A stretch of DNA of 64,000 bases, taken from the IMG/VR virus record IMGVR_UViG_3300047564_005685; one strand, written 5' to 3'. Both the position numbers and the translations under genes were made by a program. The notes under the pieces are model-generated. The model ran no database searches and was not told the DNA's origin. It saw only the letters and a list, made by a program, of their open reading frames with translations. The stretch comes from an uncultured virus (IMG/VR IMGVR_UViG_3300047564_005685). Taxonomy: Duplodnaviria; Heunggongvirae; Uroviricota; Caudoviricetes. Positions 38,879-48,446 of the stretch are shown piece after piece (the stretch's first letter is position 1; every line of letters begins with the position of its first letter).

Positions 38879-39404
38879 TCAGGTGTCGACGTCAGAAACC
38901 CGCTCCAATCGAAATGCGGCATGGATGGAAGGTGACTTGAGATGATCCCACTGGACCATGGCGTACTCGCAACGGGTGCCCCTGCTGTTTTTGCGGGCCT
39001 CGAAGCCGACGATGCGACCCTCGCGCCGATGTGACAGGATCTGGCAGATCGTCTTGTAGTTGGGAGAAAAGGGGCTGGCGACACAGTTGCCATTGCGATC
39101 GCGCTCACGAACGCGATCGCCGAGCCGGAGTGGAGGAGTTGACTGGTTTGCCATTGAGGTACAGCGGATAACCGGGCAGTGCAGTGAAGGTGCCGCCATG
39201 AGCAGCGAATTGCTCCTTGGTTGGCCTTGCGCGGATCTGATGCTCGGGCCACAGCTCGGTCCGCGTCATGCCTTCAAGCATGACGGGATACAGGGAGAAG
39301 CTGAGCCCATGGGGTTCGCCCCGGCCGACGATGAGCCCAGGCCTCTTGCTGATCGTGTGCGTAACGCGAAGCCCAACGGGGAAAGGCCCAAATCGACGTG
39401 GCAT
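38879..39404 (-). CDS. Two small overlapping hypothetical ORFs (38879-39199 and 39105-39404)
   Basis: LRLGDRVRE and FPVGLRVTH SH3/KOW-like starts. Confidence 0.4.
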
Positions 39405-39453
39405 GGAAGGGTGGTCTGATGAAAATCAAGGGGTGCATACGGCGGCCAACGGC

Positions 39454-39987
39454 TTAGGCGTCGATCGGCAAGAGCTGATCTTCGTAACCGTCCAAAGCGG
39501 GTTCAACCGCGCCAGAAAGCGGAATGCGAGCGACAGGAATGCCTGCTTCGATAAACATCTGCCGGGCTGCGTCAAAGCTTTCCTGCCAGCGCATTGGCTC
39601 GACAAAGTTCGGAACGACGACGCGATTGATGCCCGCCTGAATCAACTGAGCAGCACACTGATTGCAAGTCATCAACGGAAACACATAAATCGTGCCGCCA
39701 TGGAGGCAGACGCCGTGGCGAGCGGCGTAGGCGATGACATTGGCTTCGGCGTGCACCGTCATGAGCAGACGGGTTTCCCGGTGCTTCAAGCGAGCGATGT
39801 GATCGCCAACGTGCTGCGGGAAGCCGTTGTAACCAGAGGCCAGGACGCGCCGGTCGCGGACGCAGACGGCGCCAACCTTGGTGCTGGGATCCTTGCTCCA
39901 TCCGGCAATGGTCCGAGCCAGAAGTAGAAAGCGCTGGTCCCAGTCCTGCGGCTGCCGTGGCGGGCGCATCTCGGGAGGGTTAGGCAT
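39454..39987 (-). CDS. dCMP deaminase
   Basis: WSKDPSTKVGA, GYNG.P, HAEAN, C..C zinc ligands. Confidence 0.92.
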   Translation of the reverse strand: MPNPPEMRPPRQPQDWDQRFLLLARTIAGWSKDPSTKVGAVCVRDRRVLASGYNGFPQHVGDHIARLKHRETRLLMTVHAEANVIAYAARHGVCLHGGTIYVFPLMTCNQCAAQLIQAGINRVVVPNFVEPMRWQESFDAARQMFIEAGIPVARIPLSGAVEPALDGYEDQLLPIDA

Positions 39988-40040
39988 GTTTCACCCGGCT
40001 AGTCATCTTTACAATCTCCAAAGGATTCAGCAGTTGAGCC

Positions 40041-40262
40041 GTGGTTGAAGTTGCCGCCGCAATCTCAGTTGCGGCTGTAGGAGCGCTATGGAAAATAGCC
40101 AGCGAACACGGAACTATCCGTGAGAGCATGCGCTCAATCTTGAAGGAGCTGCAGTTACTAAGAACCGAGCTGACCAAGGATATAGTCCAGCTACAGGACG
40201 ACATCAGGGACCACGAGATTCGGATTCGTCGGATCGAGCGTGGTCAAGGCGAAGAGGGTTGA
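40041..40262 (+). CDS. Small membrane protein with coiled coil
   Basis: Hydrophobic N-terminus; ...DHEIRIRRIE. Confidence 0.5.
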   Translation: MVEVAAAISVAAVGALWKIASEHGTIRESMRSILKELQLLRTELTKDIVQLQDDIRDHEIRIRRIERGQGEEG

Positions 40263-40879
40263 AAGCGGCGCAATTCATCTGCCAGGGCGATGATCCGCCG
40301 GCGGATGGACGCCTGCTTGCTGTAGCGGCCCCATTCCTCGAAATCCCAGTCAGCGGGCGGCGCATGACAGGGAGGTACGAGCTTGTCGGCTGCGATCTCA
40401 AACGCCGCAGCAAGACCGCTTTCAGTGGTTGGCGCCTGATCAAAGGCGATCAGGATCGATGTCATCAATGGCGTAGGTTCGTTCACGGATCGAACGGCTC
40501 GACTGGAGTGAGAATGATTTGCGCCTGCTTCCCCCAGCCGAAGGAACCTTCCTGGATGAACTGAAAATTGCCGAAGCCTGGGATGTTGTACCAGCGCGGC
40601 CGGGTGTCGGCATTGATCCACCAGAAAGGACCGAGACGGCCGCAGTCAGAATCAATGTGCATGTGCATGATTCAATTCTCCGCGAGAGCGGAAAATACGG
40701 CGAAAACGGCAAGTACCGAAGCAATGGCCACAAGAAGTCCAGACCCAATCAAGGTCGGCAGCAGAGCCTGCCACCAAGGCCAGCTGATGTAGCCAATTAG
40801 CTTCAGGCCAATAAGAAAACCCTGCAGGAATCCCCAAGAGGCAATGACGCCAGAAGAAAAGGTAGACGCAGAAGACATA

Positions 40880-41554
40880 TCACTCCGCAGTAAATGTGAC
40901 CTTCATGTCAGGAGCGGCATCTAGTGTCGGGGCGACAAAGTGCATGACGACCAATCGCAGGAAATCACGCTCCATGCGCAGCTCCGCGACCTGCTCACGC
41001 AACTGGACGACATCAGCGGCAACTCCATTGGTCAAGCGATCATCGAAGGGAAGCTCCGTAAAGAGTTGATCGCTGGAGGATTGAGGCTGGGCGGGCTCGA
41101 CCGGCTGGTTTTCCGGAACTGGCGCCTCCATGGCCATGTCTTCAGATCGTGAAGACCCCTGGCTGTTATGACGCATCTCCCGCAGCCAGCGGCTGATCGT
41201 GCTGTACGCGATACCGGTACGTGCCCCTGCCGCGAAGGCGGACAGCCCTTCATCCAGTACCAGCCGCAGGGCCTCTGCTTTCTGCTCATCCGAAATGAAG
41301 CGATACCCCCCAACGGGACCCAGAAGCGCACTTGTAATCAGGGTCCCGGCGGGTGTCTGGGATTGGGACTCGAGGGCCTGGGCCCTGTTGACCCAGTTCT
41401 TGACAGTGGACCAGCAAGTGCCGAACTCCCGGGCAACGGAGTTAATCGGCCGCCCCTCTTCGAGGACAAGGCGGACCATTTCGCGGCGCTCGGCGGGCTT
41501 GAAGCGAAGACGGTTGCGATGGCGAGTACGCGTGCGATGTGGAGTGTTAGGCAT
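40880..41554 (-). CDS. Tandem-HTH protein resembling IS3-family OrfA
   Basis: Two ..VL.EG....A...G....T...W HTH units and LREQVAELRMERDFLR leucine zipper. Confidence 0.65.
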   Translation of the reverse strand: MPNTPHRTRTRHRNRLRFKPAERREMVRLVLEEGRPINSVAREFGTCWSTVKNWVNRAQALESQSQTPAGTLITSALLGPVGGYRFISDEQKAEALRLVLDEGLSAFAAGARTGIAYSTISRWLREMRHNSQGSSRSEDMAMEAPVPENQPVEPAQPQSSSDQLFTELPFDDRLTNGVAADVVQLREQVAELRMERDFLRLVVMHFVAPTLDAAPDMKVTFTAE

Positions 41555-41583
41555 GGGTTAGTGCGCGATGGGATGGTGCGTGA

Positions 41584-42015
41584 TCAGTCTTCGGGCTGGT
41601 CTGGCTGAGGCAGTGGCGCATGGGGCATCCAGTTGCCGGATTCACCCAATCGCCACCAAGCCGTGCCGTCGTCAGCAATGGCGTCAAAGACCCAGCCGCC
41701 AGAGGGCGACGGGATTCTCGTGATTGACCTATACGTGCGAACGACGGGCTCCTGGGAGGCGTCGTCCAGGTCCGCAAGAACCTGGAGGCTGAGCTGCTTG
41801 AGCTCGTGATCCAGGTTGCGACTGCTGCGCCAACGCCAGGTGCGCCGCCAGGGAGTGCCGTGGCCGACATTGCCCCAGAATGCGAAAGCGGTGTGAGCAG
41901 AGCGGTCGGGATCACGGCTGAGGCGGATCTCGACCTGGTAGAACTCGTCAGCGTCCTGCTCGCTGGGACGAGCCCAGTCGATCCAGTCGCTGGCGATGAG
42001 GTCTTGTACGGACAT
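41584..42015 (-). CDS. Hypothetical protein
   Basis: 143-aa ORF in the minus-strand string. Confidence 0.5.
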   Translation of the reverse strand: MSVQDLIASDWIDWARPSEQDADEFYQVEIRLSRDPDRSAHTAFAFWGNVGHGTPWRRTWRWRSSRNLDHELKQLSLQVLADLDDASQEPVVRTYRSITRIPSPSGGWVFDAIADDGTAWWRLGESGNWMPHAPLPQPDQPED

Positions 42016-42021
42016 GGCTCA

Positions 42022-42312
42022 TCAGGCGGCGTTGACGTCAGCACCGGAGCCGACCTCTGCGGCATCGAGCTGGATGGGGCGGTAGCCCTCCTGCCAGACA
42101 GTGCGCGCAGAGGCGTTCAGCTCGGTCCTGGTGAGGTTCCAGGACCGGAGGCAGTGGGTGAGGTCCGCCTTGATGTCAGCGGCGCCGTCAAAGGGCTCGT
42201 AGCGATTCCAGAGGCGGGCGCAGTCGACGATGTCCTGCCGAGAAGGCGTGGTGGCTGCCAATAGTCGATCCACCGTATGGCGATCAGTGGCATATAGGGG
42301 GTGTTGCTGCAT
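42022..42312 (-). CDS. DUF3288-like cyanobacterial protein
   Basis: Q.HP.Y..DR..VD.LL......ARL..RY..F.GA.DI..DL...L..W.LT..EL....R..W..G. Confidence 0.75.
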   Translation of the reverse strand: MQQHPLYATDRHTVDRLLAATTPSRQDIVDCARLWNRYEPFDGAADIKADLTHCLRSWNLTRTELNASARTVWQEGYRPIQLDAAEVGSGADVNAA

Positions 42313-42397
42313 GCGGTGTCCGCTGTGTCGCGCGGATCGTAGCGCTTATCGCGCAAGCAGCAAGGGGGCGGGGCTTGGCCCGGGGAAAACCAGCGAG

Positions 42398-42950
42398 GTG
42401 ACGGGGGGAGTCACCATTGAAGCCAGTCATTGCAAAGGGTTTGAGCGAAGCCCCTGCGATTTAGTGACCCCCCGTGATCAAGGCGTCATCTCAGGATCGG
42501 CTGCAGGGGAAGAGAGTTCGCGGAAGGTGACGGGGTTGACGGGGTTTCCGTAACTCTCTTTTTATTGTTCTCCCTCTTTCCTGTCTTTAGAGAGCAGGCT
42601 TCATGGACGAATGCTAGCGAGCACGCCATGGGTAGTTGTACCTAGAAACGAGCAGTCTCAGTGACGGGGTAGAAGAGACCCCGTCACGGGCCCCCTACCA
42701 ATGACAGGTCTCTGCAAAAGCCTGACAACCCCGCACATCGGCCCAGATCGACTGCAGTGCAGGGAATCTGAGGTGACGGGGTCGCGGCAGACCCCTGACA
42801 GGGTCAAATCGAGCCCAGTCATTGCAGTGGGTTTGGTTTTCCTTAAGAATCTCGGCGAACGCGTAGCCCAGCAAGGAGTGTACGCGTTGCTACAAGAATG
42901 CAAGCCCAACGGCGTCTCGCCATGGGACTCATGAGCCGGAGGTGACGGGG
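42398..42950. repeat. Candidate replication origin with GTGACGGGG iterons
   Basis: Motif at 42398, 42527, 42536 (variant), 42661, 42773, 42942 and inverted at 42679; pyrimidine/AT-rich tract at ~42550-42590; downstream of the primase-helicase. Confidence 0.6.
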
Positions 42951-43049
42951 TCGCCGTGAAGAAAACATAAACACGAAGACAGCAAGAGGCAATGAAAAAG
43001 CGCCCCATCGGAGCGCCTTGTGGATCGGATGTGTGTCGGCGATGCAGGC

Positions 43050-45539
43050 TCAGTCCTCCAGCAGGGCATTTCGGATCCAGATGCGCCGAACCTGTCCAGC
43101 GATCTTGGCGCGCTTAACCTGCCAGCCAAGGCGCTTCAGGGCATCCGTGATGGCCAGGGAGATCGTGGGTTGCCGGTCGACCGGGATATCGAGCCACTCA
43201 AAGATATCGGCCAATGTGACGTAATTGATCTTCTGCCAGATCCCACTGCAGCGAGTCTCAAGCACGCTGGCCACCTTTGCCTCAATAGCACTGTCGCTGA
43301 TGAAGCTGTTTTGGTAGCCGTTGATCATTGCCAACTCGTGGCTAGCCCAGGTGTGCGCTTTATTGTCCATGTAGGCCCTGCAGGCAGCAGCCCAGATGGC
43401 TTCCCGGTCGCGCTTAAGGCGATCCAGATCGACAATTTTGACGCTGCGATTGAGCGGGTTACGGATCTTGCCAGCAACCACGACTGGCATGAAGCGTCGG
43501 TTGCCGGTTGGATCAACGAGAAAATCCGTACTGTTCGTGGCGCCGCAGAGAACAAAGCCACGGGGGAAGTCACGTTCGTTCTCGTACTTGCGAGCTGAAC
43601 GGTCGACTGAGATGGACACCATGTTCTTGAGCTCCTCGGTGTAGCGACGCTTGAAGAAGCGCTCCACCTCGTCAAGAACAACGAACCAAGCAGCGTGCAA
43701 CTGGTGCGGGCGATCCTTCAGGGTCTGAATTCCCTGCTGGATAGTGCTGACCCACGGATAATTGTTGCTGTCGTTATTATCGGGCGGAGTGAGGTATCGG
43801 AAGAAATTCGATTTGCCCGAGTTCTGACTGCCAATCAGGATGGGCATCCAGTCATGGTCGCATCCTGGCTGCATCACGCGAGCGACAGCACCAATAAGAA
43901 AGCGTTCAATGATGACATCAGCAAGCTTGCGGCCCTCATCGAGATCAGGATTCATCAGTGGATCCCCGCTGAGACCAAGGATCTCGGTAGCGATGCTTTC
44001 GAAATAGGGGCAGGGCTCGGCATTGGCAATACAGTGCTCGAGGTAGGCCCTCACCGGGTGGTAGCGATTTTCGTAGCCGATGACTTGCGCGACGTCGTAG
44101 ACCAGGGTTTTAGGAAAGACCTTGTCAGTGCCCCGTGAGATGCGGACGTAAGATGTCGAGGAATCGTGGATGACCTTGGGTGCGTCGGCGGGCCCGTATT
44201 CCAGCTGCAGCGACAATGCGTTTTGCCGTAGGCCTGGGTACATAGCCTGCAGCCGGGACTTGATTGTCTCGATGACATCGTCTTCACCGCCACGTTGTCC
44301 GCGTCGACGCGGAATACCTGCTCGAGGTTGCTCTGGCGGAGTGAAGTCGCCCAGGATGTCGGCGTAGGGATCCTCGAGGAGTTCAGGATCGATCTCCTCG
44401 TCGGAGTCGTCGAAGTCCTCGTCGTGGAAGGCGGGAGGTCCGTCGGCACCTGAACCTGCTGCGATACCGGCAGGTTTAACGGCTGGCTGCTCCGGCGGTT
44501 GCAGGACAGTCATCCAGGGCCGCTCGGTGTCGAACAGCGAAGGAGTCGCCAGTTCTGCCGTGGTGATCTGCCGGGGGCGTTCGTTTTCTTCGTCGATCAG
44601 GCCGAGGAAGTCCTCGTGGTCGTAGCCGGCGACATTGGCGGTGGCGTGCGTGAAGGAGAACGATGAGCGCAGCTCCTCGGGCAGGGCCTTGCGCCAGTCC
44701 GGGTTCTGCTCGGACGCCAGGAAGAAGAGCGTCGCCAGGGTCGAGCGACCATGGAAGCCCCGGAAGAACTTCTCGTTGGCCTGCCGGGAGTTCTTGCCGG
44801 AGCCGTGGTGTCCGCGAGAAGCCCAGTCACTCCAGGCTTGGAACAGAGGTTCGCCAGCCGAGGCTGCTGCTGCAGTGGTGCGGATGAAGCGATCCCGCTC
44901 GCCGTCGGAGGTGGGCTCGAGGACCTGCTCCAACACGAAGACTGCTTGTCGGATGGTGTTGTCGTCGTAGTGAGCGGTGGCCCGGTCGTACTGGACGCGG
45001 GTACGGCCTGCTTCCGTACGGGCGTCGTCGATGATGGATTCCGGCAGGACCGCGTCGGGATTCCAGATCGGGTGCTCGGCCTGGTCGTTGCCGTAGAAGA
45101 GGCGGCAGGGATCCGTGCAGGAGCGGTCCCCGCCGAGGGAACGGCTCAGTAGCGTGACGGTCGCCTTGTAGAGGTCGGGGTCATCGATCCGCCACGGCAG
45201 ACGGAAGATCACGCGGAAGCGCTCCTGCTCACCCGGGCGGTGACTGCAGGTGGTGTACACCCAGGCAGCCGAGGAAGCCAGTGGGTGGGAGCGGAACTGC
45301 TCGATGGTGAGGCCATGGTCGATGTCGACCACGACGAGGTCCGCGTACCCAAAGGCGGCGGTACTGCGGTGAGCGCTGGTCATTGCCGCAGGGATGAAGG
45401 CGTATCCCTGCGAGATGAAGCCCTTGAGGGTCTCAAGGCTGCCCTTGCGTTCGGCCCAGTCGTCAGCGAAGGCTGGCTCCCAGGTGGGCGGCTTGTTGCG
45501 GATGATGGGGTGGATCGAAAACGGATGCTCGACTGCCAT
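43050..45539 (-). CDS. Primase-helicase (prim-pol-like N-terminus, PriCT-like, VapE-type helicase)
   Basis: VVDID and YTT.SH primase motifs; GSQNSGKS Walker A, VLDEVE Walker B, GATN...FL.DPTGNRRF. Confidence 0.88.
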   Translation of the reverse strand: MAVEHPFSIHPIIRNKPPTWEPAFADDWAERKGSLETLKGFISQGYAFIPAAMTSAHRSTAAFGYADLVVVDIDHGLTIEQFRSHPLASSAAWVYTTCSHRPGEQERFRVIFRLPWRIDDPDLYKATVTLLSRSLGGDRSCTDPCRLFYGNDQAEHPIWNPDAVLPESIIDDARTEAGRTRVQYDRATAHYDDNTIRQAVFVLEQVLEPTSDGERDRFIRTTAAAASAGEPLFQAWSDWASRGHHGSGKNSRQANEKFFRGFHGRSTLATLFFLASEQNPDWRKALPEELRSSFSFTHATANVAGYDHEDFLGLIDEENERPRQITTAELATPSLFDTERPWMTVLQPPEQPAVKPAGIAAGSGADGPPAFHDEDFDDSDEEIDPELLEDPYADILGDFTPPEQPRAGIPRRRGQRGGEDDVIETIKSRLQAMYPGLRQNALSLQLEYGPADAPKVIHDSSTSYVRISRGTDKVFPKTLVYDVAQVIGYENRYHPVRAYLEHCIANAEPCPYFESIATEILGLSGDPLMNPDLDEGRKLADVIIERFLIGAVARVMQPGCDHDWMPILIGSQNSGKSNFFRYLTPPDNNDSNNYPWVSTIQQGIQTLKDRPHQLHAAWFVVLDEVERFFKRRYTEELKNMVSISVDRSARKYENERDFPRGFVLCGATNSTDFLVDPTGNRRFMPVVVAGKIRNPLNRSVKIVDLDRLKRDREAIWAAACRAYMDNKAHTWASHELAMINGYQNSFISDSAIEAKVASVLETRCSGIWQKINYVTLADIFEWLDIPVDRQPTISLAITDALKRLGWQVKRAKIAGQVRRIWIRNALLED

Positions 45540-45751
45540 GGCGTGCGCCGTGTTGGTCTCTGTCTGACACGGCGGGCAGATGCTAGCCAGGACCCTGTCC
45601 CCGTCAACCCCATGCACGGCGTGCCTTGTACCCCTGCAATGCCAGTCCAGGACTTGCTTGCTGCGTAATTGATACTGATAATGGGCGTCAACCCCGTCAC
45701 CCCGTCACGACGGACTACGGTGCTATCACCCCCAGATCAGCGAGTCTTGCA

Positions 45752-46405
45752 ATGACACAGGCAGGCGATAAGCCAGTACGACAGCCCGTGCTCCATACAG
45801 ATGAGGAGCGCGCCCAGATCGACCGATTTGTCAAGGCCATCAACCAGGCGATGGTGGTCAACGGCCTGTCGCAGCGCGGGCTGTGCAATCTGATCGGCGT
45901 CAAGGTCGGCACCCTGACCAAGTACCTGCGCGGTGAGGTGGCGCCCATGAAGGTCGGGATCGGGATCCAGTCCGCCCTGGCAGACGTGCTGGGTGTGACG
46001 ACCGATGCCCTGCTGGGTTACTACCGGAATGAGGAGTACCTGACGGCGGTGACCCTGGATCAGGTGGAGAGCTGGATCCGTAGCGACGCAGGCCAGGAAG
46101 ATTTCCCTGTGATCATGGCGTCACTGCAAGCCGCCAGCCAACGATTGGTGAGCGGTGAAGCGAAGCCGGCGCAGCAAGAAGAGGAGGATGTACTGCAGCC
46201 ATGGGATTGGCCTCAGCGCGAACTGGAGGAGGCGCAGCTGTCGGAGCGGTTCCTGGAGCGAAATGGACTCACTGAGGAGCGGATTGCAGCACTGGTGGAG
46301 CGAGGTGAGTACGACGAAGACCTGGTCGAGGCATTTTCTGTGGCGTGCAATTACGAGCTGGATGCCGTGCGTGAAGCATTCAGGTCGCGTCAAGCCATCG
46401 CGTAG
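45752..46405 (+). CDS. XRE-family HTH regulator (possible repressor)
   Basis: GLSQRGL..LIGV..GTLTKYLRGE..P; divergent from the primase gene. Confidence 0.75.
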   Translation: MTQAGDKPVRQPVLHTDEERAQIDRFVKAINQAMVVNGLSQRGLCNLIGVKVGTLTKYLRGEVAPMKVGIGIQSALADVLGVTTDALLGYYRNEEYLTAVTLDQVESWIRSDAGQEDFPVIMASLQAASQRLVSGEAKPAQQEEEDVLQPWDWPQRELEEAQLSERFLERNGLTEERIAALVERGEYDEDLVEAFSVACNYELDAVREAFRSRQAIA

Positions 46406-46466
46406 TCGTGTTAAATTCGCGTTGGCTGCCTCGGGGGTGGTAGCCTGCGTGTGTGAAAGAGCCACT

Positions 46467-46504
46467 GCGGACCCATTCTGCGATGCGGATGGGTCCGTTT
46501 TTTA
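46467..46504 (+). terminator. Intrinsic terminator
   Basis: GCGGACCCAT...ATGGGTCCGT followed by a T-run. Confidence 0.7.
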
Positions 46505-46536
46505 TGCGCCAGCCATAATTCATGTAAAATGAGAAG

Positions 46537-46805
46537 GTCCCCGCTCTACCCCGGCTGGAAACATCCGGATGGGGTATCGGGCTCCTGCTGGCCCACGGTC
46601 CTTCCGCATGACCGGGGAGTCGACCCAGCAGAAGAAGTCCACCCTGGCGGAGGGGTGGCAGCATTCCCTCGAGTAGTCGGGGTATTGGCTGAGCGGTCAT
46701 CGGACGCGATGGCTTCAACGCCGGTCACGCCGGGGACCCATTCGGCAAGCGTGACAACAGAGCCCAGGCCCCTGTCCAGTCCATGAGGCGGGTCACGCCT
46801 GGGCC
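46537..46805 (+). ncRNA. Candidate structured non-coding RNA
   Basis: TAAAAT at 46525, nested helices, no convincing ORF. Confidence 0.3.
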
Positions 46806-46869
46806 ATCTGCTGTTTGCGAATAGCGAAGCGGAGAGAATAGCTAGACTCGTTGCAATAGTGGTTGGTCG

Positions 46870-47379
46870 ATGGCGGGCCTCCAGAATTTAGGCCGACGGT
46901 TTGCAGGTCAGGATCCCGAGTACCTGGGGCTCTTCCGTGAACCGGCGCTGTGGACTGCAGGATTAGGAGCCCTCGGTGTGCTTGACGCAACCAATAGCGA
47001 CAGCAGTGGAAGTGAGCTTGGCTTGAATGCTCTCATGACGCTCCTGCCGATGATTGGAGCCACTGGTGGCGCAGCTGCGTTGGCGATGAGAAGTCCGAGG
47101 GTGGGTAAGTACGTCGACGACCGGTTGGCTGCCCGGTTTGGTGGCAGGCGCGTACAAGGGAAAAAGCAGGCAGAGGAGGCTGAGCGGTCGATCGAAACGC
47201 AGGAGCAGGTTCAGAGGCTGCTGAACCCATGGCTAACCAAGGATGAAATCCAGAGCGCGATTGCAGCCGAGACACGAGAGCGGTTGCAACGTGTCATGAG
47301 CTATGGGTCCATGGCCGGCGCAGGTCTCGGCGCCCTCGGGGTGCTGGGTCATGAAAGCGCGTTGCCAGGTACCGTGTGA
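46870..47379 (+). CDS. Hypothetical protein with glycine-zipper-like helices
   Basis: GLGALG motifs; RRFAG near the N-terminus. Confidence 0.55.
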   Translation: MAGLQNLGRRFAGQDPEYLGLFREPALWTAGLGALGVLDATNSDSSGSELGLNALMTLLPMIGATGGAAALAMRSPRVGKYVDDRLAARFGGRRVQGKKQAEEAERSIETQEQVQRLLNPWLTKDEIQSAIAAETRERLQRVMSYGSMAGAGLGALGVLGHESALPGTV

Positions 47380-47693
47380 TGACCATCCGAAAAGCCGGAG
47401 ATCCTGCTGTACTTGCCCTGTTGCGCCAGGACAAGTATCGGTATCTGCCCCCAGAAGACCTGCCGACCGCGCAAGAGCAGCGCTGGATTGACGGCAATAT
47501 TGATGGTGAGCGAGAAGAAGAGCTGGATCGAAATGAATTGGCTAGATGGATACAAGAAAGAAACCAAATGCCCCCTGAATCCGAGGTTCAGGCGTATGAG
47601 GAAGCGGTTGCGCGAAGGATTGCAGAGCTTTCGATAAGGTATCCACAGCTGAGTCCGCCGGAGGTATTGAGTATGGCGATTGAGGCACGATGA
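47376..47693 (+). CDS. Hypothetical protein (N-terminal RKAG)
   Basis: Coupled to both neighbours. Confidence 0.55.
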   Translation: MMTIRKAGDPAVLALLRQDKYRYLPPEDLPTAQEQRWIDGNIDGEREEELDRNELARWIQERNQMPPESEVQAYEEAVARRIAELSIRYPQLSPPEVLSMAIEAR

Positions 47694-47821
47694 CCACACG
47701 CATGGCCGGAGACAAGCTCGCCGATGCCTGCTGGAAGGGCTATGAGGCGTACGGCATGAAGATAAAGGACGGCAAGAAGGTGCCGAACTGCGTGCCAGTG
47801 AAGAAGGAGGGCGGGCAGTGA
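47690..47821 (+). CDS. Small protein, 43 aa (not in the ORF track)
   Basis: MTTRMAGDKLADACWKGYEAYGMKIKDGKKVPNCVPV. The CWKGY..G.K.K.GK.VPNCV motif is common in phage proteins. Confidence 0.65.
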   Translation: MTTRMAGDKLADACWKGYEAYGMKIKDGKKVPNCVPVKKEGGQ

Positions 47822-47888
47822 ACACCCGCATGGCTGGAGATCGTGCCGTGGCCGATGCCGTAAAGCGGATCTACGCGGGGATGACGTC

Positions 47889-48446
47889 ATGAACCCCCTC
47901 TACCGCCTAGCGCAAGCCATCGGCCAGCAGCGTCTGCGCGAGGGCCGTGCAGAAGGCAGCGAGCGCCGTGATTTCCAGAAGCTGGGGCTGGACTATGAGC
48001 CAGTGATGCAGGCCCGCCGCCTGGCTGCAACAGAAGCCATGCAGCGTGCGGCAGCAGCGCAGCGAGAGCCGTATCAGTTGCCGGTGCCGGGCATCAACCC
48101 GACGATGCTGGCGTTGAGGGCCAAGGATCAGCCGATGACTGCCAACGAAGCGGTCGCTGCTGGCGTGTATGGCGTGGGGTGGCAACGGAGTCCCGCGTAC
48201 CCCGAACACCAGCAACTGGATCTCGAGTCCCTGCTGATGGCGAAGCAGCTGAACGAACTGACGCAGGGTCAGGCCGCGCCGCAGCTGGCCGAGATTGTCG
48301 AGGAACTGGCCAAGACCGAGCCCCAGAAAACCCGCTCCGGCCGCCGCTTGGCAATGCGCTGGGGGCTCCCGGCCGCTGGAGCGGGGCTGGGACTGTATGC
48401 GCTTGCGGGAACCGGTCAAGAACGCGAACCAGTCGCAGCAGGATAA
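47889..48446 (+). CDS. Hypothetical protein
   Basis: 185-aa ORF with a C-terminal hydrophobic glycine-rich helix. Confidence 0.55.
   Translation: MNPLYRLAQAIGQQRLREGRAEGSERRDFQKLGLDYEPVMQARRLAATEAMQRAAAAQREPYQLPVPGINPTMLALRAKDQPMTANEAVAAGVYGVGWQRSPAYPEHQQLDLESLLMAKQLNELTQGQAAPQLAEIVEELAKTEPQKTRSGRRLAMRWGLPAAGAGLGLYALAGTGQEREPVAAG

Noticed and set aside
46620..46770. RNase P RNA or tmRNA
   Set aside because: AGAAGAAGTCC and AACAGAG only loosely resemble RNase P conserved regions and P4 cannot form; no tmRNA acceptor or T arm
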